Notes under the pieces: model-generated
What the model was told of the DNA's origin: nothing
What the model saw: the letters and a program-made list of their open reading frames with translations, nothing else
Databases searched by the model: none
Source of the DNA: Octopus vulgaris
Taxonomy: Eukaryota
Direction: 5' to 3'
DNA: 64,000 nt
Assembly: GCA_951406725.2 (NCBI GenBank)
Contig: OX597828.1
Span: 39,556,001-39,620,000 of the forward strand
Position numbers and translations under genes: made by a program
Part shown: positions 26,101 to 40,291 of the stretch, in pieces
Layout of the letters: each line of letters starts with the position of its first letter
How positions within the stretch are numbered: the stretch's first letter is position 1

Positions 26101-28539
26101 TGTCTATACAACAATGTAGTTATTGTATCTTCCTTGTGTGCTGTGTATATATCCTTATGTAGTGGATCCTGCTGGTTTTCATTTAGTTGTTCAATCAACT
26201 GAACTCCCTATTCCACTGAATATTCATCAGAAACATGTACTTGTAACAAGATACTCAAGCTGAATGAGTATGACTGTGATAGAATCCACCTGGCAGGTTA
26301 TGTTTAAAGGCAGATCCTGTCTACTCAATTTCATGCACAAAGACAAGGGTGACTCTAAGCTATGACAAATTACCTTTGTTCAGGATGTTACACAAATGTA
26401 TCAAATTTGGAATTAAATCATTCTACACCAATCATTAATGTTATACATTAAGCTTCCTTGTAGCTACACAGAAAAATATGCAGAACAAATTTTCTGTGGA
26501 TTAGTCAGAAAAGGAACAATAGTGAAGACAACCTTTCTACAGGGTTTTACAGATTAGTGGGAAATGTTGGGGAGAACTTGATATTCCTCAGACTGGAGGC
26601 CTATAGCAAATGTCTGCAACAGAGCAAAGTAGGTAGAGCTAAACTGGACAACATGTGGAGTCTACCAAGCAAGAAACAGTCTCATCCAATGGACCTCTGT
26701 ACAGGTTCTTTCTACTCAGTTTCATTCGCAAATCTTGGTTTGACCCAAAGCTATGGTAACAGGCACCTCTATGAGCTATGGTACACCAATTCCGATGACT
26801 GTGAACTTCATACAACTATGCTTGTTTCTGTAACTGATTTCTAACATAGACACAGCACCTTAAATGTTAGGGAGGAAATAGCCAATTAGGCACAGAAGTG
26901 TGTGGTAAGAAGCTTGCTTCCAAACCACATGTTTCTGGTTTCAGTCCCACTGCATGATACCTTGCGCTAGTGTCTTCTACTATAGACTTGGGCTGACCAA
27001 AGCCTTGTGTGTGGATTTGGTAGATGGAAACAGAAAGAAGCCCATTGTGTGTGTATGTGTGTGCGTGTGTATTTATGTGTGTGTCTCTGTGTTTGTCCCC
27101 CACTACTGCTTGACAACTGGTGTTTATGCTTAGTGGTTCAGAAAAAGAGAATGATAAAAAATAAATCCCAGGCTTAAAAAATAAAAAGTACTGGGGTTGA
27201 TTCATTTGCATAAAATTCTTCAAGGCAGTGCCCCAGCATGGTCGCAGTCTGGTGACTCAAACAAGCAAAAGAATATACAACCCCTGGCAAGATAAAAAGT
27301 AAAGCTGGTCTACCTCAATCAAGCAAATCTATTATCAAGAGTGTTCAAGATGTTTTTATGAGTTTGATTTAAGTGATATTTGGCTGCTATTTCTTGCATG
27401 TTGAGTGATCACATACAAGTCGTCTTATGTGGTTAGAAATGACAGTAAGAGTGCTCATTTGGTGGGGAGGAAAACTATAAGTTGAGCTGTTCATGAGTCA
27501 TGGTTTCTCTTTGATAAGCCTCACAATTACAAAACCACAAAAACCTATAAATCTTTATAGTCGTTTTGTTGACATGGGGTGAGAATTGAGGGCAAAACGT
27601 GTTCATACTGTGTCAAGGACAACGTATGTTTTGTACATCAAACCTAAACCACCACCAAATTGCTATTACCTAGACTATGGGTTCCTTTAACAGTATTCAT
27701 TTTGTTGTGAGTATTTGGACCTGGAATGCAGTCTGTGTTATGATTTTCTTTTCCAACAAGGAGAGTAGCCAGCCTCTACATGGCCACTTGCTTTGCTGGA
27801 AATCCCAGCCAAGTCTCCTTCAAATAATACTCTACTATCTTTCCAAAATAAGAGCTCATTGATTGATGTAGTCCTATGCCTTAAAAATCAAAAACAAAAG
27901 GTGGAATGCTTTCAATCATAGCTTTGCTCAATCAGGGCTGACATGTAACTAAACAACAACAACAACAACAGCAGCAGCAGCATTATGAGTTATCATTATT
28001 GTTAATTCTGCTGATCTTGAGAATCATCTTATTCAATTATACCACAATTGGTTATTTATCTAGATACATTAAAATCAGTGACCTAACTTTGAACCTCAAT
28101 CTGTTTCATGAAGTTTTTTGACACAACACATACTCTCAAGAAAGCTGAACAGCAGGTCTTCAGGGAAAAAACCCCACCCAGGAAAATGTTTTGACCCTTA
28201 ACGTCTTACATTCTAAGGGGGCTGAACCACATCCAGGTCTTGATTCTTGGGTGTACTTCTGATGAACCTTTTAGCCACTTGGATATCAGAGACTTGTGCA
28301 CTTACACCATTTGGAAATTTCATCTAGTTGGAACCCCTCTCCATTGACTCATCTTTCAAACAAACAACTTAGAGGGAGCACTATCCAAAAAAAAATGAAA
28401 GGAAAAGATAACCTCATTGGGATTTGAACTCAGAATCTAAGGAGCTAGAACAAATTACTGTAAGGTATTTTCTCCTGAATGATTCTACCAATCCACCATC
28501 CTACATTGATTTGTAATAATATTTCCAATACAGAACTCA

Positions 28540-29790
28540 TGCAGTGAGCATAGGCAACCTTTTTTTGAGAAGTGGGCCACATGAGAAATAGCCCCTCATT
28601 TGGCAGGGTCCACTACAAAGTAAAAAAAACCCCAAAAAAACCCCAAAAAAACTTTGTGAATCAATGATTCACTTTAGTTAAAATTCACAAATAAACCACA
28701 TTCACCACTTTTTTTTTCACTTTTCCTTCATCAAATCCTCAATTCTTTTAAACGTTGAATAGATTTCTTACATGTCTAACAACTGAATCCTAAACTGTAT
28801 AATTAGGTAGTTGTTAAGTGGTCGTAGTGGTGATTGTGAAGGGATAGTGGTAGTGATGGAAGAAGTGAAAGTAGAAGAATGACAAATATTTTCGGTTTCG
28901 TTTGTCAGATACCGTCAGCTGACTTAGTTTAGTCAAACCAAATAAAGTAATTCCTGAATGTGTAATTATGCCATGACAGCAAATAAAATAGGATCTGACA
29001 TTTTTTGAGAACTGTCCTTTTATCTAAGAAAGACAAACAAAACCTTTTGATTCTCTCTATCTCTCTCAGATAAAGTGATAATCCCAAAGTCTTACATTCT
29101 TTTTCTCCCTGCAGCATACAAACTGATTTAAATTCCTGAGCTTTACTGTGTAATTTTTGCTGATGTAAACCACCATGAGTTTGCCAGACTGTTATCTTTC
29201 TGCTGAGTAATGTGTTTGCTAAAATAAACTAAAATAAAATCATCAATAATCGAAAATCTGTCAGGGAAGCCTTCCGTGTAAAGAACATGTAATTAAATAT
29301 AGGCTGACACAATGTAGCGAACCTAAAAAGAAATTTTGATTAATGGGAAGGTTATGTTAATGGTAAGTCTTTGTCAAAAAAGGCAAAAGAGAGAATCCTG
29401 TGATATTCAAATTGAAAATTTAATTTAAAATTAAACAGGATTGTCTAATCTTTGGTTTGGTAAAGAAGCAGAAAACCTTCTCAGTGAAATATCTAACACA
29501 CGTCCATACTAGAAATTAGAATGGCTGAGGTAGTGGTGATGGTATATAAAATCATTTTTGTCAAAAAATATCCATAAACAACAACAGTTGGTTGCAGCTG
29601 TTGCCACAAAGTGATGAGGTAACTTATATTTCGTAGTTTGTGGCGATTTGTTATGATTATGTCACAGCAGACAGGTCTGACGTAATCCATAATAAAGGTG
29701 ACATGTTATTAGAAAACAAATGTTGGTGTTTCTTTGTGTGGGCCAAGTGTGGAGCTTTCTTCTATAATTCATGTGAGCTGTAAATGCCAA
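28540..29790. mobile_element. Probable old hAT-derived remnant
   Basis: Starts cagtgagcataggcaacctttttt...tgggccaca, a hAT-Charlie-like terminus; interior too decayed to translate reliably. Confidence 0.35.
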
Positions 29791-32700
29791 AGAAATGTTG
29801 AAAGCAATAATTATAAGCATTTTGGCGTGGTTCATTCATGTTGTTATAATTGCTGTTCAGCTCTAGATCAGCCCTGCTTGAGCAGTCATTTGGTCTAAGG
29901 CATTCCTATGACAACAATATCTAATGTACCATTTCCTTACTTAAGACTAGAGTATGATCTGAAGGAAATTTGACTGCTATATCTAGCTGGTTGAGTGACT
30001 ACTTAGCATCTCTCATGGCTCACAATTAGACGCATGTCAGTCATGACCAAGTGGACCTTTTATTAAAGACGTTCCAGCCATGATCATTCAGTGTGTTTGT
30101 ACAACAGAGATTACATTCTATGGTGTGTCATTATTTAAGATGGTAGGATGCGATTTGAAGAAGACTTCACTGCTATTTCTAGCAAGTTGGTTGGCTTGTT
30201 GGAAAGTATTTCTTTTATGTAGAAGGCGTCACTGAGAAATTTGTGTGGTTAACAAGCTGGCTTTGTAACCATGCAGTTTTGGGTTCAGTCCTATTGCACG
30301 GCACCTTGAGCAAACGTCTTCTACTATAGCCTCAGACTGAGCAATGCCTTGTAAATAAATTTGGCAGAAGGAAATTGTGTGGAAGCCTCTTCTGTGTGTA
30401 TTGTCCAACCCATTCCAGATGGAAAAAGGGACACCAAATGATGATGATGATGATGGTGTGTACGTGTGTGTATGTCCCACCACAGATTACTGCTTGACAA
30501 CTGGTGTTGGTTTGTTTATGGCCCTGTCACTTAGCAGTTCAACAAAAGAGGCCAATAATAGAACAAGTACTATTCAAGGCAGTATCCCAGCATGGCCACA
30601 GTCCAATGAATGAAACAAGTCAAAGATAAAATATAAAAGAATATATTTGTGTCACCTATTCTAGCATAGAAAAATGGACATGAAATGAAACAAATAGTCA
30701 TTAACACTAATTAATAGCTTATCTGTTCATTAAGGGTGTAAATTTCACTATTTGGGGGTCCCTAGATGAAGTATACTCTTTTACTTGTTTCAGTCATTTG
30801 ACTGCAGCCATGCTGGAGCACCACCTTTAGTCAAACAAATCGACCCCAGGACTTATTCTTTGTAAGCCTAGTACTTGTTCTATTGGTCTCTTTTGCTGAA
30901 CCACTAATTTATGGGGACGTAAACACACCAGCATCGGTTGTCAAGTAATGTTGAGGGACAAACATATACACACACATACATACGTATATATACATACATA
31001 TATACGATGGGTTTCTTTCAGTTTCCATCTACCAGATCCACTCACAAGGCTTTTGTTGGCCCGAGGCTATAGTAGAAGACACTTGCCCTAGGTGTCATGC
31101 AGTAGGACTGAACCCGGAACCATGTGGTTGGTAAGCACGCTACTTACCACACAGTACTTAGCAATATGTTCTTCACATGGAATATTAACAGAACCAGGTG
31201 CCACATAGAAAGCACTGGTCCTGGTGTCACACAAAAAGCACTCAGAACACTTGGTAAAACGGTTGGCATCAGGAAGGGCATCCAGTTGTAGAAACCAAAC
31301 CAAAACACACTTTGGAATTTGGTGTGGCCCCTGGTCTTGCCAGCTCCTGTCAAACTGTCCAACTCATATCAATGAACATTAAATGAAGATGACGATGACA
31401 ATGATAACCAGTCTCTATACAAGTTGCTGTAAAAATCATTGGAATTTCCCACTTCCTCCCAACCAAAACCATAAAAGAAAAAAAAATTTTCAGTTTCAGA
31501 ACGTGTAAATTTCCAAAAGAGAAGTCCTTTATCTTTCATCTTTTGCTTATTTCAGTCATTTGACTGTGGCCATGCTGGGGCACCACCTTGAACAATTTTA
31601 GTCAAATGAATTGATCTCGGTACCATTTTTGCTTTTCTATAAAGCCCAGTACTTATTCTATCGGTCTCTTTTGCTGAACTGCTAAGTTAGGGGGGCATAA
31701 ACACTGCTTGACACTGGTTGTCAAGCAGTGGTGGGGGACAGGCACAAACACACACACTCACACACACACAACAGGCTTCTTTCAGCTTCTGTTTACCACA
31801 TCCATTCACAAGGCTTTAGGTGGCTTGAGGCTACAGAAGAAGATACTGGGCCAAAGTGTCATGCAGTGGGACTGAACTTGGAATCCTGTGGTTGGGAATC
31901 AAACTTCTTACCATACAGCCAGTCCTGTGTTCTACAAAAGATCACAAACAAAATGTTGTTGGTGTTTAGTCACAGGTCAGCTGAATAACTCTTGTTACCA
32001 TAGGTTTTTGAAGTAAACTGTTTTTCTTTCAACTAATTCCAAAATTATTGGAGAATACAGTCCTTTCTGCTATAAGCACATTGATCCCAATGTTTCACTG
32101 GTACTTAATTTATCGACCCTGAAAGGATGAAAGGCAAAGCTGACCTCAGTGGAATTTAGAATCAAAATATTGGAGAATATTATAAAATAACTTCATCATT
32201 ATTAAACTCATATTTGAGTGGCTGTGTGGTAAGAAGCTTGCTTCCCAACTATATAGTTCTGGGTTCAGTCCCACTGCGTGGCACCTTGGGTAAATATCTT
32301 CTACTATAGCTTTGGGCTGACCAAAGCTTTGTGAGTGGATTTGGTAGGCGGAAACTGTAAAAAGCCCATCATATACATATGTATATATATGTATGTATTT
32401 GGGTGCCTATGTTTGTCCCCCACCATTGCATGACAATCAATGTTGGTGTGTTTACGCCCCCATAAGTTTGGCAAAAGAGACTGATAGAATAAGTACTAGG
32501 ATTACAAAGAATAAGTCTTGAGGTCAATTTGTTCAACTGAAGGTGGTGCTCCAGCATGGCCAGTCAAGTGACTGAAACAAATAAAAGAGTAACATGAAAT
32601 TTTAATAGGTAGTTTTTAGATCACTTTGAGACAGAAAGTTTGTGTCATAAAACCAAAAGTGGTCTCAGGCAGTTTAGTGCCTTTGCAGACACAGTTTATC

Positions 32701-33759
32701 TTAGACTACATTTTTCAATATGTTCCTCCTTTTGAGGTCCTAAAAGCATTTTGTCTATGCTTGTACATACTGGGCCCTGTCCTTACACCCATAATGACCT
32801 GTCAAGCATGCTCCACATCTCATCTCCCTACCCATCCCTATCGCTTCATGGCACATATAACATCCCCTAACTCTTTATTCTACCAGTTACTGCCTTTTCC
32901 CCTACTTCCATCCTTTCTCATAGGCATCCAACTACCCCCTGCTTCATAATCTCTCTCCTTTGTCATTCTTCATCTTAAAACCCCTCATATCTGCTACCAT
33001 TCCCAATGCCCTCTCATGTCTGCCACCATGTCCATTCACTACAGCCACTCTTATCCACTTCTGCATTTCTATCTTTATGCCAGGGACAAACAAGCAGAGG
33101 TATCTTGCAACAGAGAAGACACATGGCTACTCTTCCACTCCTATGCTTAGCTCTTCCTCCTCTACTCCCTGAACTAGCATGCCTGAGCCACTCCAATTTC
33201 TCTCACTTGACCTCCTTCCCCAACTAATATTTTCCATCAAGCCAAATCTTCATTCCTGTTCATTACTCACTACATTCATTCATAACCCTGTCTCAAACCA
33301 TCTGTGACTCTTTCCTCATTTTTATAACCTCCCACCACCTCATTTCTTGCTCCTTGAGGGTTTAGCTCCGGCACCCTATCCCCACCATCTTATCATTCTC
33401 CCAGATACTCCCATACCCCCTTATATAAATGCAAGGTAGCCATGTATATTCTCTATTGCACGATACCTCTGCCCCTGCTTGTCCCTGGCATAAAGCCACC
33501 TCTCCAACCTCTCAGAAACCCCTCCACTTAGGTGAGTGGGCCTTTTCTCTTTTTCCCCCTCACTGTTTCCCTTTTTTCCACCCGCATTCTTGTTCTTTCC
33601 TCTCTTGCAAGCTACTCGGCAAGCTCACTAGTGCTGGTAGCATGGAAAAAGCCCCCAATACACACTGTAAGAAGAAGCAGGGGTCTGGAACACATTATCA
33701 TGAAAGGAAGAATAGAAGGTAGTAGACCAAGAGGTAGGCAAAGAATGTAATGGGTTAAA

Positions 33760-34016
33760 AAAGTAAAGTTACCTTTCTGAGTCATGCTGACTCACAAAGG
33801 ACCAGCTTCTTGGTTTCACGGTGTATATATTCCCTCATCTGGACAGGGTGCCAATCCTTTGCAGGATTACTCGCTTTTGCCAACTGAGTGGACTGGAGCA
33901 ATGTGAAATGGAGTGTTTTGCTCAAGGACGTAATGTGTTGCCCAGTCCAGGAATTGAAACTACAATGTTACGATCATGAGTCCAACACCCGAACCACAAA
34001 GCCATGTGCCTCCACA
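33760..34016 (-). mobile_element. CORE-like SINE head E + tail 2; also at 22045-22272
   Basis: tRNA head, then gtccttgagcaaaacactccatttcacattgctccagtccactcag, then a tail homologous to 39630-39735. Confidence 0.8.
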
Positions 34017-34574
34017 ATGCAATGGATAGACAATGTCAAGAGCTGGTTGGACAAGAATGATGAGACAGCAGGAGAACCTGTGATTAATTGGGAAGACTTT
34101 CATAGTAGTGTCAACAATGCACTGCAGGTGTACAATACACAACGATGATGACACACTGTAAAATGGTTTGTGTTAGGAAGGCATCCTGCTGTATAAACCA
34201 TGCCAAAGATAACTTGGAACATGATACAGCTCTGCAAGATCACCACATCCTGATAAACTGTCAAACCCATCATTGCCCACATGGAGAACAGATGTTAAAT
34301 GATGATGGTGGTGGCAGTGGTGATGACAACAATGATGATAGGATGTGAATCGAGAAATTTGGTTGCTATTTCTAGCATTCAGGCAACCACAAAGACATTT
34401 ATTTGTTGTCAATCGAAAAGGGCACAGTTTATTGGACAGAGGTAGCAGATGCTGCAACCAACTCAGTAAGTAACCAAACCAGTTTGTAAACCTGCTTGAA
34501 AGTAAAACCATTGTCATCTGTGGTAAAAGAAAAAGTAATATTAGCCTCCTCTGCTTGCTTGACCACAACCATCA

Positions 34575-35220
34575 TGGTGGTGGTGCTGGCGATGCTTGTG
34601 GTGGTGGTGGTAGTGGTGCTAGCAATGCTTGTGGTGGCAGTGGTGGTGCTAACGATGCTTGTAGTAGTGGTGCTGGCGATGCTTGTTGTGGTGGTGCTAG
34701 CGAAGCTTGTGGTGGTGGTGGAGCTAGTGATGCTTGTGGTGGTGGTGCTAGCGACACTTGTGGTGGTAGTGGTGCTAGTGATGCTTGTGGTGGTGGTGCT
34801 AGTGACGCTTGTGGTGGTGGTGGTAGTGGTGCTAGTGATGCTTGTGGTGGTGGTGGTGGTGCTAGCGATGGTTGTGGTGGTGGTGGTAGTGGTGCTAGTG
34901 ATGCTTGTGGTGGCGGTGGTGGTGCTAGCGATGGTTGTGGTGGTGGTGGTGGTGCTAGTAATGCTTGTGGTGGTGGTGCTAGCGATGGTTGTGGTGGTAA
35001 TGGTGCTAGTGATGTTTGTGGTGGCGGTGGTGGTGCTAGCGATGGTTGTGGTGGTGGTGGTGGTAGTGGTGGTGGTGTTAGCGATGCTTGTGGTGGCGGT
35101 AGTGGTGCTAGCAATGGTTGTGGTGGTGGTAGTGGTGTTAGCGATGCTTGTGGCGGTAGTGTTAGCGATGCTTGTGGTGGCGGTGGTGGCGCTAGCGATG
35201 GTTGTGGTGGTGATGTTGGT
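34575..35220. repeat. GGT-rich minisatellite, unit ~ggtgctagcgatgcttgt(ggt)n, 24-39 bp
   Basis: About 20 degenerate units, all multiples of 3 nt in length. Confidence 0.92.
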
Positions 35221-35859
35221 AACACTTGCTATTGATATGACCCAACTCCTATTAATTACGGATGTGGGAAAAATCCATAGTCATATGACATCATCATTAC
35301 CATTATCACAATACTCTCACGCATTAGAGAATGAAAACACTTCACACAGGCACAAAAAAAAAAACCCAGTGTCTTCTACAATAGCATCAGGTCAACCAAA
35401 GTCTTGTGAGTAAATTTGGTAGATAGAAACTGAAACAAGTCAGGCGAGCGCGCGTGCGTGTGTGTGTGTGTTTGTGTGTCCCTCCTTGTCTTGATACCAA
35501 GTGATAGTTGTGAGTATCACTCACATACAAGCAGTCATTCTTTTTGAGTATTCTGTGTGAACATATCTGGCTGTCAGGAAATATTACCTTATTTGGAAAC
35601 CGGTGGAGGTTGGCAACAGGAAATGTATCCAGCTGTATATGCCTCATGTAAACTATTCAACCCATGTAAGCATGGGAAACAACGATGATATTGATGATGA
35701 TAATGAATTTACATCCATAATGAAAGGCCAAGTCAATGATGATAATGATAAGTCTTGTCACGAAAGGCAAAGGAGAGAACTCAGTGAAATTCAAATTAAA
35801 AACTTGATAGAAAATTAGATGGGGTTGTCTAGTCTTTGGTTTGGTAAGAATAAGGAAAA

Positions 35860-35900
35860 CTCCAGACATGTTTCGGTGTTATAAAACCTCCTCGGTGAGA
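35860..35900 (-). ncRNA. Degenerate minimal hammerhead (Penelope-like)
   Basis: Minus strand reads CUCA-CCGAGGA-GGU UUUAUAAC ACC-GAAA-CAUG-U-C-UGGAG; U4C change and imperfect stem I. Lies downstream of a decayed coding-like stretch (35940-36200). Confidence 0.55.
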
Positions 35901-36386
35901 CATCTATGATACATATGGACCCTGGTTGAGATCCACTACTCCAGATTCACTCAGATTGAGCAGACATATCAATAAAAGCATTCCAGCCACGACGATCCTG
36001 TATTTTGTGGGATTTTCTATGCCAACAATATCTAAAAATCCACATGGAGGAAATAAGAAGAAACATATGCAAACAAACAAAAAAGACCCATACGTGCCAT
36101 TCTAACTTCAGTTGAGATCTGGAATGCTTTTGTTTCATTACGCTTGTCACTACTTATACACTCTTGTAATGGAGAGTGTGCAAGTTATTCTAGGAAAAGG
36201 ACTTGAAAAAAAAAAAATTACTAGATGAAGTACCTCACTTACCAAGTCCACTGTTAAGTACAGAGATAAATGCAGATAACATTTCACATAAGGGTTGGAT
36301 AAATGTGCCCTATATATTTTTCAACCAGGATGTAAATCAATTACTAAAACAAGGATGTAATTTAGTAAGTACAAATGCTTAAGATT

Positions 36387-37512
36387 ATCATCATCCTCAT
36401 CGTCTAACGTCCGTTCTCCATACTGGCATGGGATGGACGGTTTGACTGAGGTCTGGAGAGCCAGTGGCTGCACCAGGCTTCAATCTGATCTGGCAATGTT
36501 TCTACAGCTGGGTGCCCTTCCTAATGCCAACCACTCTGAGAGTGTAGTGGGTGGCCCTGGCATTGATCATGTTTGGATAGAGCTTTTTACGTGCCACCAG
36601 TACAGGAGCCAGTCAGGAAGTACTGGCATCGGTCATGTTTGGATGGTGCTTTTTATGTGCCACTGGCATGGGAGCCAGCCAGAGGGTACTGGCATTGGCC
36701 ACGTTTGAATGGTGCATTTTACGTGCCACCAGCATGGGTGCTAGTCAGGGGTTACTGGCCACAGCCACGATTTTGGTTTTACATGATTCAACAGGTCTTC
36801 TGAAGCATATCATATTGCCTGGCGCATCAAGGGTGCTCTTAAATGGGCCGGACATGCAACACTGGCATCGGCCATGGCTGCAATCTCACCTTGGTTGCTG
36901 GGTCTTCTCAATCACAGCATATTTCCGAAGGTTTTGGTCTCCTGCATTGCCTCTGTGAGGCCCAATGTTCGAAGGTCATGCTTCACCACCTCATCCCATG
37001 TCTTCCTGGGTCTACCTCTTCCATAGGTTCCTTCCACAGTCAGGGTGTGGCACTTCCTCACACAGCTGTCCTCATCCATACATAACACATGACCATACCA
37101 GTGCAGTCGTCTCTCTTGCACAACACATTTGATGCTTCTTATGGCCAACTTTTCTCTCAGGGCATTCACACTCTGTCGTGTATGCACACTGACATTACAC
37201 ATCCTGTGGATCATACTAGCGTCATTTCTTTCAAGCCTACACATGTCCTCAGCCGTCATGGCCCATGTTTCACTGCCATGTAGCATCGTAGTTCTCACAC
37301 ATGCATCATATATATTGTACCTTTCATGATAGGCCCTTAGTTCCAGCAGAGGTAGGAGCTCCCTGAATTTTGCCCAGGCTATCCTTATTCTAGCCGCTAC
37401 ACTCTCAGAGCAACCACCCTCACTACAGACTTAGTTACCTAGGTAATGGAAGTTATCAACTACTTCTAGTCCCCCACCCCGGCATGTGATGGTATGTTTT
37501 CTGTACATCTTC
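36387..37512 (-). mobile_element. RTE LINE 3' portion (ORF2 end, 3' UTR, (GAT)n tail)
   Basis: HGSETWAMT...RRLHWYGHV...GRGRPRKTWDEVV, followed by the family 3' UTR and tail. Confidence 0.92.
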
Positions 37513-37657
37513 AGACACTTGCCCAAGGTGCCACGCAGTGGGACTGAACCCAGAACCATGTGGTTGGTAAACAAGCTGCTTACCACACAGCCACTCCTAC
37601 ATATATAAATATATTATAATGGAATAATTACTATAATTGTGTATTGTGTAGAATATA

Positions 37658-37760
37658 TTGTATAAAGAATCGTGAGTAAGGCCAAAACAATGTGAAGTAT
37701 TGTGATTTACTTTGCATTCACTTCGCATTGTTTTGGCCTTACCCAAGATCCTTTATACAA
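37658..37760. repeat. 41-bp inverted repeat with a 21-nt loop
   Basis: ttgtataaagaatcgtgagtaaggccaaaacaatgtgaagt / acttcgcattgttttggccttacccaagatcctttatacaa, 4 mismatches. Confidence 0.9.
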
Positions 37761-38461
37761 CTTATATATATATATATCTATCTATCTATATATATCTATC
37801 TCTCTATACATATATATATCTATCTATCTATATATATATATATATATATATATCTATATATATATCATATATCTATCTATCTATATATATATATATATTA
37901 GCCACTCACATCCACCCTTATATAATTCAGGGGAACCTTGGTCTTGTTCTTCCACCACAATCTAGCCTCTCAATACACAGCACAGAACCATCACCACTCT
38001 TCCCCCTCTCAAATACCACTCTGCCACACACCATTTAAGTTAAGGAGGTTTTTTTTTTTCCTTTTCTTCTTTTTTTGTCTTTTCGTCCCTTTTCTTTCTT
38101 TTTCTTTTCTTGCAAGTTACTTGGTAACCTCATATATGCCACACGAAAAACACCCAGTGCATTCTGCAAAGTCGTCGTTGGTAGAAAGGGCACCCAGCCA
38201 TGGAGGCCATGCCAAAGGTGACACTGGAGTATGACGTGACCCTACTGCTCACCGGATCTTGTCAAACCGTCCATCCTACGTCAGCATGGAAAATAGACAT
38301 TAAATAATGATGACGATATGTATTAATACATATATGTGTGTATGTTTGTGTGTGTGTGTGTATGCCAGCAAGGTGACATCATTCGAAGTCTAAAAAAATG
38401 TAAGGAAGCACAGTGATTAGTAAAGTATAGCATCTGACAGTCTGATTAATACAGTGATACA

Positions 38462-38500
<39 letters not shown>

Positions 38501-38809
38501 TTTTTGTGTGCCACTGGAACTTATGAGGTTACTGAGTAACTTGAGCAAAGTTGGCTCCAGCACTGGGACCAACTTCATGCAAGCATGAAGGCACACTGGC
38601 AAAACACAGCTCCTCTAAATGGAAACCTTTCCTCTCATTGTAGGACTCAAGCAAACTGAGTCCTCAACTTGTTCCATTTACCAAAAAGTTTGCAAGGCAC
38701 CAACAGGCCACAAGGGACACATTCGTGTCCATAGAACATGATTAACGTTTTATTTTACTGAACCCTCATTTGTTGTTCACAACAAGAGACTCCATCATAT
38801 ATATATATA

Positions 38810-39441
38810 TATTGGAAATATGCTGTGCTTGAGAAGACTCAGCAAGCACAAGTGAGACCATAACCTTGTGGCCTATGCCAGGGGTATAACCAGTCCACTT
38901 GTGTGTGCCTTTCCTTCATAGGACACTAAACTCTGCTTGCGAAGACCTGTTGAGGCAAGTGAAATTGAAATGAAATTCAATGACTGGCATCCATACTAGT
39001 GGAGTGCTTAGAGTACCATATGAGTGAGATCGTTGCCAGAGCAACAAGCTGGCCTCCGTGCTGATGGCACGTTAAAATTACACCATTCGAGCGTGATCGT
39101 TACCTGCGCCACCTTACTAACACTTGTACTGCTGGTATGTGAAAAAAACATTCAAGCGAGGTTGTTGCAAGTGCCACTGGACTGGCTCCTGTGCAGGTGG
39201 CACATAAAAAGCACTATTTGAGCATGGCCGTTGCCAGTACCACCTGACTGGCCCTCGTGCTGGTGGCATGTAAAAGCACCCACTATACTCTCGGAGTGGT
39301 TGGCGTTAGGAAGTGCATCCAGCTGTAGAAACTCTGCCAGATCAGATTGGAGTCTGGTGCAGCCATCTGGTTCGCCAGACCTCAGTCAAATTGTCCAACC
39401 CATGCTAGCATGGAAAGCGGATGTTAAATGATGATGATGAT
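38810..39441 (+). mobile_element. RTE LINE 3' UTR with ~5 hairpin units
   Basis: Homologous to 56773-57260; ends ...gcatggaaagcggatgttaaatgatgatgatgat. Confidence 0.88.
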
Positions 39442-39451
39442 TATATATATA

Positions 39452-39750
39452 TGTGGAGGTGCAACGGCCCAGTGGTCAGGGTAGCGGACTCGCAGTCGGA
39501 GGATCGTGGGCGTTGTGTGTTTATTGAGCGAAAACACCTAAAGCTCCACGAGGTTCCTGCAGGGGGTGGTGGCAACCCCTGTTGTACTCTTTCACCCCAA
39601 CTTTCTCTCACTCTTTCTTCCTGTTTCTTGAGTAATGCTGCGATGGACTGGCGTCCCATCCAGCTGGGGGAACACATACGCCATAGAAACTGGGAAATCG
39701 GGCCCATGAGCCTAGCTAGGCTTGAAAAGGGCGCATAAATAAATAATAAA
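39452..39750 (+). mobile_element. SINE head B + tail 2
   Basis: Same head as the 23903 copy up to ttcttcctgtttc, then gagtaatgctgcgatggactggcgtcccatccag...; (TAAA)n end. Confidence 0.85.
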
Positions 39751-40211
39751 TAAATATATATATATATATATATAAGAAGTCAGAATAAAAATATGTAATT
39801 AATCAGAAAAACAGGAAACTCAAGAAAGTGATTCATCGTCATTCTTCACAGATAAGAACTGAACACCAAACAGCTGTAAAAGATTACCTATATCCAGTGT
39901 TTTCTCATTTGTGAGGTTCAAATATGAACTCTATGAATATTTACCTACCTATCAATGAAGAACAGCTTCGCAGGACTAGTCAACCCGGGGATATTATAGA
40001 AGATATGGATATTTGCTCAAAACGCTATATAGTTGAGAAGCAAACTTCTTCACCACACAGTACAGTCATGCTAATAGTTGCTTCTCTAAATATTAATAAT
40101 AATATACAAATACTCATATTTTGAGTTCTAGTTTTCCTGTTTGCACCACCAATACCTATATATACAAATACATATAAATTCCTTGATGACTATGTATGCA
40201 TGCCAACTTAC

Positions 40212-40291
40212 CAGGTTCAAACAATGACAACATCAGATTTGACTTTTTCTTGCTGTCTGCCCAAGAATATAACATTCCATACCAGTTTTCC
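40212..40291 (-). CDS. INTS14: INTS14 internal coding exon B (80 nt)
   Basis: Boundaries tcatgtctcAG|g...cctg|GTaagt. Translates ENWYGMLYSWADSKKKSNLMLSLFEP (INTS14: PEWHGMLYSQADSKKKSNLMMSLFEP). Phase 2 in, phase 1 out. Confidence 0.95.

Noticed and set aside
34496-35413. 305-aa Val/Leu-rich membrane-like ORF
   Set aside because: Alternative frame of the GGT minisatellite, with no ATG start or domain signal.
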